Below, piece after piece: positions 25,646-37,645 of a DNA stretch of 64,000 bases; position 1 is the first letter of the stretch, and the number at the start of each line of letters is the position of its first letter. The notes under the pieces were generated by a model. The model saw only the letters and a list, made by a program, of their open reading frames with translations, did not search any database and was not told the origin of the DNA. The stretch covers positions 11,472,001 to 11,536,000 of the forward strand of contig CM075990.1 in NCBI GenBank assembly GCA_038087875.1, read 5' to 3'. A program made the translations under genes and the position numbers. Source of the DNA: Malacoraja senta. Taxonomy: Eukaryota.

Positions 25646-27669
25646 TTAAGGAAAGGAAATGTCTATTTGTAATTTCAGTTCATGCATCAATGTCCTTATG
25701 CAAAGAACTAGTATGAACACAACTTCAATTAAAATGCTACATAATTATCTTTGCTGGGCTTGTCATTTCACGCACCCGTGTTGATGGAATAGGAGGGGGC
25801 AATTGGAAAGGTGTTGAAATCAGTCCTGTGGAGGCAAAAGACATGAAAGGCTTGGAATGGAGTTTGGACTTGTTGCTATCGATATCCACACGTCGAAAAA
25901 CACCCCGTGGTTGCTTTATATTAACGTGTAATTTTCCTGTGGAAATTTGTTATTGATTTCTAATTACTATATTAATATTTTTGAGAAAGGGCAACTCTTG
26001 TTCTGCAGAACAATGATTCAGAAGGGAACTTCTTACGATACAACTGACAAGGAAAGGCCAATTAGCTCATTGCTCGTTGCCAACTTCCCGAAAAAACAAT
26101 CTCATCCCATGGTTTCGTCATTAGCAGTGAATATTTTTCTCAAGTACTTATCCAATTGCTTTTGGAAGGTTAGTGTTGTATCTGCTTTTGCTACTTTTCA
26201 AGCAGTGCGGTCTTCTGGGAGAAACAGTGGTGCAGCGGTAGAGTTGCTGCCTTACAGCACCAGATTTGAACCCGACTACGGGTGCTGTCCGTGCGGAGTT
26301 TGTACGTTCTGATCGTGTGGGTTTTCTCTGAGTGCTCCGGTTTCCTCCCACACCCCAAAGATGTGCAGGTTCGTAGGTTAATTGGCTTCAGTAAATTGTC
26401 CCTAGTGTGTAGGATAGAACTGATGTATGGGTGATCATTGGTCAGCAAATACTCGGTGGGACAGAGGTCCTGTTTCCACGCTGTATCTCTAAACTAAATT
26501 TCAGCTATTTTACTACAATTGGATTGTTTTAAATAAAACATCCCCTCGAAGCGCAACAGTCTCCATCTCCATTATGAATTGCCTTAAATTTGTGACTTCC
26601 ACATACCAACCCTTCTTCCACAAGAATCACTGACCCTTTATTTACTGGGACGAAACTCTTGATAATTTTGAATGTCTCTATCAAGTTTCTCTTGACCTGA
26701 ACTGTTCTGTGGAAAATAGCCTCAGCTTCTGCCTCTTCACAATAGACAATGGACAATAGGTGCAGGAGTAGGCCATTCGGCCCTTCAAGCCAGCACCGCC
26801 ATTCACTGTGATCATGGCTGATCATCCACATTCAGTACCCCGTTCCTGCCTTCTCACCATATCCCCTGACTCCGTTATCTTAAGAGCTCTATAATTCACG
26901 TATCCATTATCCACGTATTGGGCAATTTCCTTTACTTCCTCTCCTTGACATCTTTGCAAAAGCACCCAGCATTGACCTCAACGCTCAGCCGGAGCGGAGC
27001 TTGCATTTGTTAAAGTCTTAGCATGACTACGAGAAATCAGGAATAAGGTGAAAACACTACTTGACCATGTCTAATCCATACCTGACCTTAGCCTGAGTAC
27101 ATCATTGTGTACATATCCAACCTTATCCGAACTTCTCTATAACAATAATAATCTCGAGCAAGTTTTCATCTGCTAAACTAATCATCATGCCCAATATACA
27201 TTTTTATTAGAATGTAAAACTATTGAGTTGTGCATTATCAAGCATGGTTTTGGTAGCCAGACTTCAGTGTCTATCATTTATAAACCGAAACAACCAAATG
27301 ACCCACTCAACTGACCTTGCCACCTTTAAATATTCTACTACACTCATCCAAGATCTCTGCTCTTGGATTCGCTTCAACATTACACCATTCAGTTCATGTT
27401 AACCTACCTTGCTCTTACTACCAAAACGCATTTCAATAGAGTCCAACCAAAGGAAATCGACCTGCACGCATTCAGCCATTTAACAGAGTCCACTCACATA
27501 ATGCTTGGTCCAATGCGTAAATCTTTACCCAGTTTGGACACAACATTAAATGGAGCCACTCCTGCTCCCTTAGGGGAATAGTGAAAGCCCAATGAGACTA
27601 TTCCAGATAACATTAGAGTTTGTGTTCATTATTATTCATTAGTAAACGTTGTTTTTTAGTTTATAGTTT

Positions 27670-27974
27670 TTTTAGTTCAGAGTTACAGCACAGAAATAGG
27701 GCCCATCGACCCAGCAAGTCTGCACCGACCAGCGATCCCTGCACACTGACACTATCCTCCACAAACTGGGACAATTTACAATTATACCAAGCCAATTAGC
27801 CTACAAACCTGCATGTCGTTGGAATGTGTGAGGAAACTGGAGCACCTGGAGGAAACCCACGCAGGTCACAGGGAGAACGTACAAACTCCATACAGACAAG
27901 CACCCATAGTCAGGAACAAACCCAAGTCTCTGCCGATGTAAGGCAGCAGTTCTACCGCTGCGTCACCGTGCCGC
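27670..27974 (-). mobile_element. HE1/V-SINE-like SINE
   Basis: Reverse-complement consensus. Confidence 0.85.
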
Positions 27975-27977
27975 TCA

Positions 27978-28115
27978 TGTTGTGGGATCTTGCACTGCGC
28001 AGTGGAAATTACCTTTTTCTCATTTACAACAGAGCACAGAAAATGCACTTACTTGCCTGTGAAGCTCTTTGGGATATCCAGAGATGTTAAAGATGCATTA
28101 CAATTGCAAGTCGCC
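27978..28115 (+). mobile_element. Deu-domain SINE 3' remnant with L2-type tail
   Basis: TGTGGGATCTTGC...TGTGAAGCTCTTTGGGATATCC...AATTGCAAGTC. Confidence 0.5.
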
Positions 28116-28469
28116 TCTTGACACTCATTCCACTTAGAAAAATACCAAATTATTAAGACAGGGACAAGTGGGCAGCAGGGTGTCACAGCTGATAGAACCT
28201 GCTGCTCTCTGCTCCAATGACTCAGGTTTAATTCTGTCCTCCTGTCCTGAGTATGTGGAGTTTGCATGTTTTCTCTGCAACTGCATGGTGTTTTTTCAGG
28301 TGCTCCAGTTCCCTCAATCAGGGAACATCTCATCAGGTTGATTGGTTAACCACTTTAAAGGATGTATGGTTAGTTTAGTTTAGTTTAGTGATACAGCGTG
28401 GAAACTGGCCCTTTGGCCCACAAGTCCGCACCGATCTTGGTGGGCCAAATCGGTTCTGGACACGCCCAA

Positions 28470-28810
28470 CATGTTCCCAATGTTGGGCGAGTCCAGAACC
28501 AGGGGCCACAGTCTTAGAATAAAGGGGAAGCCATTTAAGACTGAGGTGAGAAAAACTTTTTCACCCAGAGAGTTGTGAATTTGAGGAATTCCCTGCCACA
28601 GAGGGCAGTGGAGGCCAAGTCACTGGATGGATTTAAGAGGGAGTTAGATAGAGCTCTGGGGGCTAGTGGAATCAAGGGATATGGAGAGAAGGCAGGCACG
28701 GGTTATTGATTGGGGACGATCAGCCATAATCACAATGAATGGCGGTGCTGGCTCGAAGGGCCGAATGGCCTCCTCCTGCACCTATTTTCTATGTTTCTAT
28801 GTTTCTATGA
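28470..28810 (+). mobile_element. CR1/HER1-type LINE 3' fragment
   Basis: MFPMLGESRTRGHSLRIKG-type coding, 3' UTR and (TTTCTATG)n tail. Confidence 0.88.
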
Positions 28811-28956
28811 TCAATGATCACCCATTCCTATTAGTTCTTTGTTATCACATTTGTGCATCCTAAACACCAGCGGCAATTTTACAGAAGCCAATTAACCTGA
28901 AAGCCTGCAGGTCTTTGGAATGTAGGTGGAAACCAGAACACCCGGAGAAAGCCCAC

Positions 28957-31900
28957 ATAATAATAACAATAATAATAATAATAATATATTTTATTGTCAT
29001 TGCACGTCAGTGCAACGAGATTTAGTATGCAGCTCCACCGATGTACAAGAAAAGTAAGATAAATAAATAAGCAAGCTGAGTGACGTGACCATCCGAGGGA
29101 GACTGTCCAGGGGGGGTGGGTGGGGGGGGGCACTCAGCAGGGCCGGTTCAGAGCCGCTATAGCTCTTGGAATAAAGCTGTTTCTGAGTCTGGAGGTTCGG
29201 GCGTAGAAGGCCTTGTAACATCTGCCGGAGGGAAGTAGTTCAAGCAGTCCGTTACAAGGGTGTGATGAGTCCTTATGGATGCTGACGGCCTTCCTGAGGC
29301 ACCGTGTGTGGTAGATGCCCTCCAAGGCTGGTAGCTGTGTCCCAATGATCCTCTGCGCTCTGTGGACGACGTGCTGAAGAGCTCTTCTCTCCGCCTCCGT
29401 GCAGCTGAGATACCACACAGAGATGCCATACGTTAATATGCTCTCTGTGGTGTAGCGGTAGAACGTTGTCAGCAGCTGTTGGGGCAGACCAGTCTTTTTT
29501 AATGTCCTCAGAGAGAACATTTGTTGCTGTGCCTTCTTGACCAGCGCAGCGGTGTTGGTGGACCATGTGAGGTCCTCTGAAATGTGAGTGCCCAGAAACT
29601 TAAAGCTGGACACTCTCTCCACACTTTCCCCGTAAATGGAGATTGGGGCGTATTCTCCATTATGGGACCTCCTGAAGTCAATACTCAGCTCCTTGGTCTT
29701 GGAGGTGTTTAGTGACAAGTTGTTATGAGCGCACCAGTCCGCCAGGTTCTGCACCTCCGCTCTGTATTTTGTTTCATCACCGTTGGTGATCAGCCCAATC
29801 ACTGTTGTGTCGTCTGCAAACTTCACGATGGTGTTGGTGTCGAATGCAGGGACACAGTCGTGAGTGAAGAGGGAGTAGAGCATGGGGCTTAGTACACAGC
29901 CCTGTGGTGTGCCGTGCTCAGGGTGATAGTGGAGGACAGGTGCGGGCCCAGTCTCACTGCCTGCGGTCGCTCCGTCAGAAAGTTCAGGATCCAATCACAT
30001 ATCGGCGAGCTGAGGCTTAGCTGGTGGAGTTTGGTGGTGAGCTTGGTGGGGATGACCGTATTGAATGCAGAGCTATAGTCAATGAAGAGCATCCTCACAT
30101 ACGTGCCCTGTCTGTCCAGGTGAGTCAGGACAGTGTGAAGAGCCAGAGAGATGGCATCCTCTGTTGATCTATTTGCCCTGTATGCAAATTGATGGGAGTC
30201 CAGTGAGGCAGGGATGCTGGATTTGATATGGGAGAGGACCAGCCTTTCGAAGCACTTCATTGGATTGGAGTTAGGGCAACCGGGCGGTAGTCGTTCAGGT
30301 TGGTGACTTTTTCGGCACCGGCACTATGGTGGCTGTTTTCAGGCACTTGGGGACCGTTGCCAGAGATAGAGACAGATTGAAGATTCTCGTGAATACTTCC
30401 GCCAGCTGTACAGCACAGTCCTTTAGTACCCTTCCCTGGACTCCATCCGGGCCTGCAGCCTTGCGTGGATTGATCCTACGCAGAGCGCACTGTACCTCCT
30501 GGGTGCTCAGTGTTAAGGCTGTCCCTCCGCCATGGCCGGGGTTATTCCACTCCTGGTGGGGTTGCCAGTTTCGAACCGGGCAAAGAAGGTGTTTAGTTCG
30601 TTGGCCAGTGTGATATCACCGTGGGGGCAGGCAGGGCTGCTCTTGTAGTCAGTGATGTCCCCGACACCCTGCCACATGCTTCTGGTGTCCGCGGTGTTGA
30701 AGTGGTCTTCTACCCGTTGCCTGTGGACGTCTTTGGCTTTTTTTATGCCTCTGTTCAGGTTCGACCTGGCCGCACTGTAAGCAGAAGTGTCACTGGATTT
30801 AAAGGCATTGTTGTGTGCCCTAAGCATATCCTGAACCTCCTTGTTCATCCAGGGTTTCCGGTTTGGGAACATCTTTATTTGCTTGTCCACTGTGACAGTC
30901 TCCACACAGCAGTTGATGTAGGAGAGCACAGTGGATGTGTACTCCTCCAAGTCTACCTCTGTACCACTGGTAGCCTGTTGTGCAAACAGGTCCCAGTCGG
31001 TGCGATCAAAGCAGTCCTGGAGTTGTAGGGTGGCGTCCTCGGTCCATATTTTGACCGTCCTTATTGCAGGTTTGGTCTTGCGGATGACGGGTTTGTATGC
31101 AGGCAGTATAAACAGTGAGAGGTGATCGGATTGTCCCAGGGATGGGCGGGGGAGAGCTCTGTATGGGTCCTTGATGTTGGTGTACACTTTATCCAACGTG
31201 TTTGAGCCCCTGGTAGGGCACTGCACATGCTGGTGGAATTTGCGGAGTGTGGCTCGTAGGTCGACCTGGTTAAAGTCCCCTGCAACAATGAAGGCACCGT
31301 CGGGGTGAGCATCCTGCTGCTGACTGATGGCCGAGTGCAGCTGTGCTAGAGCTAGGTTAGCATTAGCCTGTGGTGGGATGTATATGGCCATGATGATAAC
31401 CACCGTAAACTCCCGAGGCAGGTAAAACGGCCTACATTTAAGCAGTAGGTATTCCAGGTCTGGGGAACAGTAGCTCTCTACTGCAGTGTGGTTGGTGCAC
31501 CAGTCATTGTTGATGTAGATGCAGAGCCCGCCACCCTTGCTCTTACCGGAGTCCTTTGTTCTATCAGCACCATGCAGTGACCGGTTGGTCAGGTCCACAG
31601 CCCCATCGGGAACCAGCGCGCTGAGCCAGGTCTCTGTGAACATCAGCACACAGAGATCGCTGGGTGTTGGTCCAGAGCCTTACCTCATCCATCTTGTTGG
31701 TGAGTGACCGGACATTCGCGAGGAAGACGCTTGGTAGCGATGGTCTTTGTGGAGCCCTCCGTAGCCTGTCCTGCACCCCCGCTCGCTTTCCACGTTTCTG
31801 CTTTCGCTCCCGGCGCTTGCTCCATCTCCTACCCTCCGGAGTGGTGATCCAGGGGGGCTGTTCTGCCCAGCTCCCTCGGGATTGTGGTAAGGGTGCTGTA

Positions 31901-32190
31901 GTACTCGCAAGCCAGTTTCTCGCAGCCACGTCCGATGTTGAGCAGTTCCGTGCGGCTCCATGTGCGACCCGTCGGGATTGCGATGCGGGTCCTGGATTTC
32001 CTCGTCCTGTAGGTGAGTTTCTTCTTATGGTTCCTGGGCTTTTCTGGGGTTCCTGGGGTTTCTAGGGGCTCTAGGGGTTCTGAGGTTTTTAATTACCTTG
32101 TCTTTCCAGCCGCGTTCGGTACCGGGCTGCTCCGAGTTAACTCGGACGTGGGAGCGCAAAGCCGCTGCGTCTGAACGCACCGCCATCTTC
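28957..32190 (-). mobile_element. Near full-length Rex1/Babar-clade LINE inserted in an HE1 SINE
   Basis: 5' end GAAGATGGCG; basic leader; APE endonuclease (LANVRSL, FTETWL, GGGLCIY, AGDFN, TLDKVY, SDH); RT ([25 protein letters not shown]); (TAT)n tail. The SINE halves at ~28800-28956 and 32191-32300 rejoin across it. Confidence 0.95.
29134..31929 (-). pseudogene. Rex1 APE-RT ORF, disrupted
   Basis: Split over ORFs 31564-31929, 30513-31649, 29889-30260 and 29134-29994 by frameshifts or stops. Confidence 0.9.
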
Positions 32191-33118
32191 CGTAGATCAC
32201 ATGGGAGAATGTATAAACTCCGTGCAGACGGCACCCGTAGTCAGGATCGAACCCGGGTCTCTGACGCTGTGAGGCAGCAACTCTACTGCTGTGCCACCCT
32301 CTAAGTGTAAATGATAGAGTCGAAGATAAGTTGATGGCAATGCAGGAGAATTAAATGGGTGCTGGATGCTTCATGTAGGTTAGGTTCAGTATAACTTGGA
32401 AGTAAGCTTATTTAACGTTCCATTGTTATTATTAATAATAATTAGTATAATAATCATTCTCGACAAAAGATGAGATCACAATGCCTGTTCATGGTGAAAA
32501 ATGATCTCAGCAGTCTGAATCATCTCTGCTTTCATTTACTGTTGAGATTTTTTTTTTCTTTCTTGTTAAAGATACATTTGTCGAACGTGGTGGCAAAGGC
32601 TAAGTCTTCCTCTGGTAATTCAACAAAAATCATTACCTTATGTGACAGAAGTCTAAACAGTTTTAAATCAACCAGCTGTGTAGCTGAATGTGAAGAAGTC
32701 CATTTCATTCAGTGGGTTTTCTCTGCTGCTGTTTATCACTCCCGATCCATCTACCTCTTGGGCTACATTAATTTGATAAAAGCTGAGAAGATGTCCTGAG
32801 AGGTAAGTTCAATGTTGCTGCATTTCTGGAGTAGACCCTGCTCGACAGGAATGTAAATCAGAGGGAAATGTTGGTGTTTAATTTTGAATTCTCACGGGCA
32901 GCTCGTAAATTCATGCTTCAGGCTTGATACAGTTTAATGTACTTCCCAGTGCCATTTGCTTTCACCGGTACAAGGCAAACAAGGTGCAAGAGCTAGTGTG
33001 TAGGACGGAACTGCAGATGCTGGAAGATAAGACACAAAAAGCTGGAGTAACTCAGCGGGACAGGCAGCAAATCCGGAGAGAAGGAATGGGTGACGTTTCA
33101 GGTCAGACCCTTCTTTTA

Positions 33119-33464
33119 AGCCCCTGCTCCACTGTTCGAGGTAATTCAAGAGTTATCCCGAGTGTTCCCCTGATTCGAACTCGGAGAATGTCCGTAGGAG
33201 TTCGTGGATCTCTTGTAGCGGCTCGTACGAGTAAAAAGTAACACTTTTTTTCATCATGAGTATTTTTTCACTCATGGACATTTTTTGCAGGAATGAATAA
33301 ACATCACGAGTTTACGGGATGTCCCAAGTACCTACTGTTAACATTACGAGCCGCTACGAGACATCCACAAACTCCTACGGACCCGCTACGGACATTCTTC
33401 GAGTTCGGATCAGGGGAAAACTCGTGAGAACTCTTGAATTACCTCGTACAGTGGGACAGGGTCA
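33119..33464. mobile_element. Harbinger-like fold-back MITE
   Basis: Long imperfect TIRs: CCCTGCTCCACTGTTCGAGGTAATTCAAGAGTT / AACTCTTGAATTACCTCGTACAGTGGGACAGGG, extending about 100 bp. Confidence 0.75.
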
Positions 33465-33729
33465 TAGAGTCATAGAAAATAGGTGCAGGAGGAGACAGTT
33501 TGGCACTTCGTGCCTGCATTGCCATTCATTGTGATCATGGCTGATCATCCACAATCAGTAACCCGTGCCTGCCTTCTCCCCATATCCCTTGATTCTGTGG
33601 CAGATAATTCCACAAATTCACAACTCTCTGGGTGGAAAAGTTTATTTTTCTCATCTCAGTTTTAAAAGGCTCCCCTTTATTCTTCGACTGTGGCCCCTGG
33701 TTCTGGACTCCCACAACATCGGGAACATC

Positions 33730-33996
33730 TTAGAATGAGAGTTAAGGGAGAGGGGACACGAGATATGGAAGAGTCCAAAGACCATGTTAGGTGTGAGAAG
33801 GACAGATCAAAGTAGACGATGATCAAGGAAATGGGCAATGGTTCATTGTTGGATGGGGGGGGGGGGGGGGAAAGGGGACAACGAGACATATAAACAGGAG
33901 GACAGTGAAACTAGTAGGGGAACTAGGGTGGGGGAGGGATGGAGGGAAATCAAGGGTTACTTGAAGTTAGAGAATTCAATATTCATACCACTGGGT
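33730..33996 (-). mobile_element. Penelope-like 3' remnant
   Basis: Minus CCCAGTGGTATGAATATTGAATTCTCTAACTTCAAGTAA matches 40235-40273. Confidence 0.7.
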
Positions 33997-34429
33997 AAGC
34001 ATGAGCCAGCGTTGGTATGTGGCCTCTAACCTGCTCCTCCGTTTAATATCCACCGGTACACTCTCACTTGCTGCCTGATTCCTCGCTCAGCGTTCCTCAA
34101 TGCAAGGCCTGTGGTTTCCATCAACTCCAGATTTCTCCAGATTGTACAGTCAGCAATGGGACAGGATGCATGGATGGAACACGGCCAGGAGTGTGGGCTA
34201 TTGCGCGGCCAAGACCCGGGGGACAGAGCGTGGCTGAGATCACCAGCTGGTCAACACAGCGTGTCCAGAAAGGTGGGTGAGCCTAGATAGGGATGGAGTG
34301 CAGCAGGATCTGTGAGAGTCTGGGAGGAGGTCAGAAAGCAAGGGGAGAGAGAAAATGCACAGTGAGGGGTTTAGAGCCAAGGGGGATGCATGAGGGTGTG
34401 TGGGATGTGAGGAGTGTAACAGTGAGAAC

Positions 34430-34481
34430 GTTTGTGTGTGTGTGTGTACACCTGTGTGTGTGTGCGTATGTGTGTGCACCC

Positions 34482-34526
<45 letters not shown>

Positions 34527-34676
34527 ACCCACCAGTGTGTGTGTTAGCAGGTGTGTGTGTGTGTACACCTGTGTGTGTGTGCGTGTGTGTGTGCACCCAC
34601 TGTGTGTATGTGTATGTGTGTGTGTGTGTGTACACCTGTGTGTGTGTGCGTATGTGTGTGCACCCACTGTGTGTAT

Positions 34677-34718
<42 letters not shown>

Positions 34719-35150
34719 ACCCACCAGTGTGTGTGTTAGCAGGTGTGTGTGTGTGTACACCTGTGTGTGTGTGCGTGTGTGTGTGCACCCACTGTGTGTA
34801 TGTGTATGTGTGTGTGTGTGTGTACACCTGTGTGTATGTGCGTGTGTGTGTGCACCCACTGTGTGTATGTGTGTGTGTGTGTGTGTGTACACCTGTGTGT
34901 ATGTGCGTATGTGTGTGCACCCACTGTGTGTATGTGTATGCTGTGTGTGTGTGAGTGCACCCACCAGTGTGTGTGTGAGCAGGTGTGTGTGTGCGTACAC
35001 CTGTGTGTATGTGTGTGTGTGTGTGCGTGTGCACCTGCATGTGTGGTGTGACCGTTCGTGTGCATGCTTGCATGTGCATATGTGTGTGTGTGTGTACCTG
35101 TGTGTGTTTGTACCTGTGTGTTCACGTGTGTGTATCCATGTGTGTGCTTG
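34430..35150. repeat. (TG)n-based compound minisatellite
   Basis: TG runs punctuated by recurring TACACCTG, GCACCCACTG and GCACCCACCAG..TAGCAGG spacers. Confidence 0.95.
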
Positions 35151-37232
35151 TACGCATATTTGCTTTATTACACTTTTAAAATATAGTTTTTATGGCTACT
35201 TTTTTGTAATTGCATGTACATTTCTATTAATCTGCTGATCTACTCTCTTGTAATGACCTGACTTCACTCATATGGTTGGCCCAGACCCCATCTTACCTTT
35301 CTCATAACAAGTATATCCATGTATATGCAGGCATTAAGGAGCTGCTCACCGCCAGTGTAATATAGTGATCCATTACCAGACCACTTGTGTCAAGTGGCTC
35401 CCTGCTGGGCCCTTCTCCAATGCAGTGTGTCCTTGTTTTCACAGCTGCACTTGAAGTTCAAAACCCTTACTGCTTGTAAGTCCCTATGGAAGTAGTTTGT
35501 TGGTGATATCATTCCCTTTTAGGTATTTAAAGATATTAATGTTATTATTAATGCAAGTTAATCCTTTAGGACATCATTGAGCATATACATTCGGACCTTC
35601 GAGCCAGCACCACTATTCAATGTGATCATGGCTGATCATCACAATGACCCAATCAGTACCCCGTTCCTGCCTTCTCCCCATATCCCCTGATTCCGCTATC
35701 TTAAGAGCCCAATCTAGCTCTCTCTTGAAAGTATCCAGAGAACCGGCCTCCGCCCTCCGAGGCAGAGAATTCCACAGACTCACAACTCTCTGTGTGAGAA
35801 ATAGAAGGGAGGATGGTTTGAGTGATGGTCTGGGCTGCATCCACAATACTCTCATGCTGGTTCCCTCCCAAGCAAATAATGTTGTTTGCTCCTCGGCTCC
35901 ATCTGCCTGCCTTGACATCCTTAAACTGCTCACCTTGATAACGCAAAGACCGAAAACATAGGATAAGTGGAAAACAACCAATTGTTGATATTTGAAATCT
36001 CTTCAAAGTAATCCACCTACTGTCACAACAATGACTGGATTATGCAGTTTGGTAGATTAGGTAAGCACTGCTCAAGAATTCTCAGTGGAACTTCATTACA
36101 GTAGTACAATCATTTTCACCATAAAAGCACTCAGGAAACACTTGTGTTGTGCTAAACTCCCAGAAGATTTGCATTATGAAATACAAATATTTGAGACTCA
36201 TTCTGCAAGGCAACGTTAAACCTCTTGCTGATTTTATTATCCAGGTTAACCCCACATTATTAACTCATTGAAGAGTCTTTTCCAGCCCATTGAAAAGAAA
36301 GGCTTTGGGCTTTGCATTGATGCGAGTTTCGACAATTTCATCCCATGTACCCTTTTCTCTTCGTGCTGGCTTAATTTGTTCTGTAGGCAAACTGTCCAAC
36401 CACTTCACACTATGGAGATTTAAAGATTTTTTTGCGTTTTGTTATGCCTTTATTCACTTTTCTACTTCACTGCACACAGATAAGATGGGAATGGAGGGGA
36501 TATGTGAGGATATGTGTAGGGCCTGTGTGAGGATCGCACATTAGAACCTGGATCCTGAAGGCACCTTCACATATGGATCATATGCAGGCAGATGAAATTA
36601 GTTTATCTGGGTTGAAATATTCGGCACAGACATTGTGGGCCGAAGGGCCTGTTCCTATACTGTACTGTTCTATGTTTTATGTTCTATAAAGACACTATAG
36701 ACAGAGAATATGGTGTGTGATTGAGCAGAGGATTTTTCTGGGGCGATTTTGTAAGCTTGAGGTTCAATTAAAATCTGAGAGATCTCAAAGACTTGGAGTG
36801 CTGGGAGAGGTTCCAGAGTCAGGGGGGAAGTAAAGTCCACGATGGATCTGAAAACAAGGGTAGGACATTCATGTTTCAAACTGTGGGTGGAATGAAAGAT
36901 GGTGAGCAGAGTGGACAGGCAGCATCTCTGGAGAAAAGGAATGGGCGATGTTTCAGGTGGGGCCCTTTCTTCAAACAGTTGGTCTCGACCCAAAACATCG
37001 TCCATTCCTTTTCTCAGGGATGTTGCCTGTCCCACTGAGTTACTCCAGCATTGTGTCCAACCTTGGTTTAAACCAGCATCTGCAGTTCCTTCCCGCACAT
37101 GGTGAGCACAGTGATGGGTGAGGGGAGCATGGACTGCCAGGAACATAGATCAGTGCAGCTCAGGAGCAGGCCCTTTGGCCCACAATGTCCTTGCCGAATA
37201 TGATGCCAAACTAAACTTTTCCCTTCTACCTG

Positions 37233-37645
37233 CAAGTTTAGAAGGATGAGAGGGGATCTTATTGAAACATACAAGATTGTTAAGGTTTGGTCACGCTAGA
37301 GGCAGGAAACATGTTCCCGATGTTGGGGGAGTCCAGAACCAGGGGCCACAGTTTAAGAATAAGGGTCAGCCATTTAGAACGGAGATGAGGAAACACTTTT
37401 TCTCACAGAGAGTTGTGAGTCTGTGGAATTCTCTGCTCAGAGGGCGGTGGAGGCCAGTTCTCTGGATACTTTCAAGAAAGAGCTAGATAGGGCTCTTAAA
37501 AATAGCAGAGTCAGGGGATATGGGGAGAAGGCAGGAAGCAGGAACGGGGTACTGATTGGGGATGATCAGCCACGATCACATTGAATGATGGTGCTGGCTC
37601 GAAGGGCCGAATGTCCTACTCCTGCACCTATTGTCTATTGCACAT
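37233..37645 (+). mobile_element. CR1/HER1-type LINE 3' fragment
   Basis: FRTEMRKHFFSQRVVSLWNS peptide plus 3' UTR. Confidence 0.88.

Noticed and set aside
24856..25716. Two opposite-strand ORFs sharing KSPKWDRPIK
   Set aside because: Artefact of translating the two TIRs of one MITE.
34240..35238. Long HT/CV-rich ORFs (up to 279 aa)
   Set aside because: Translations of (TG)n/(CA)n repeat, not genes. The same applies to 15318-15885 and 38697-39158.
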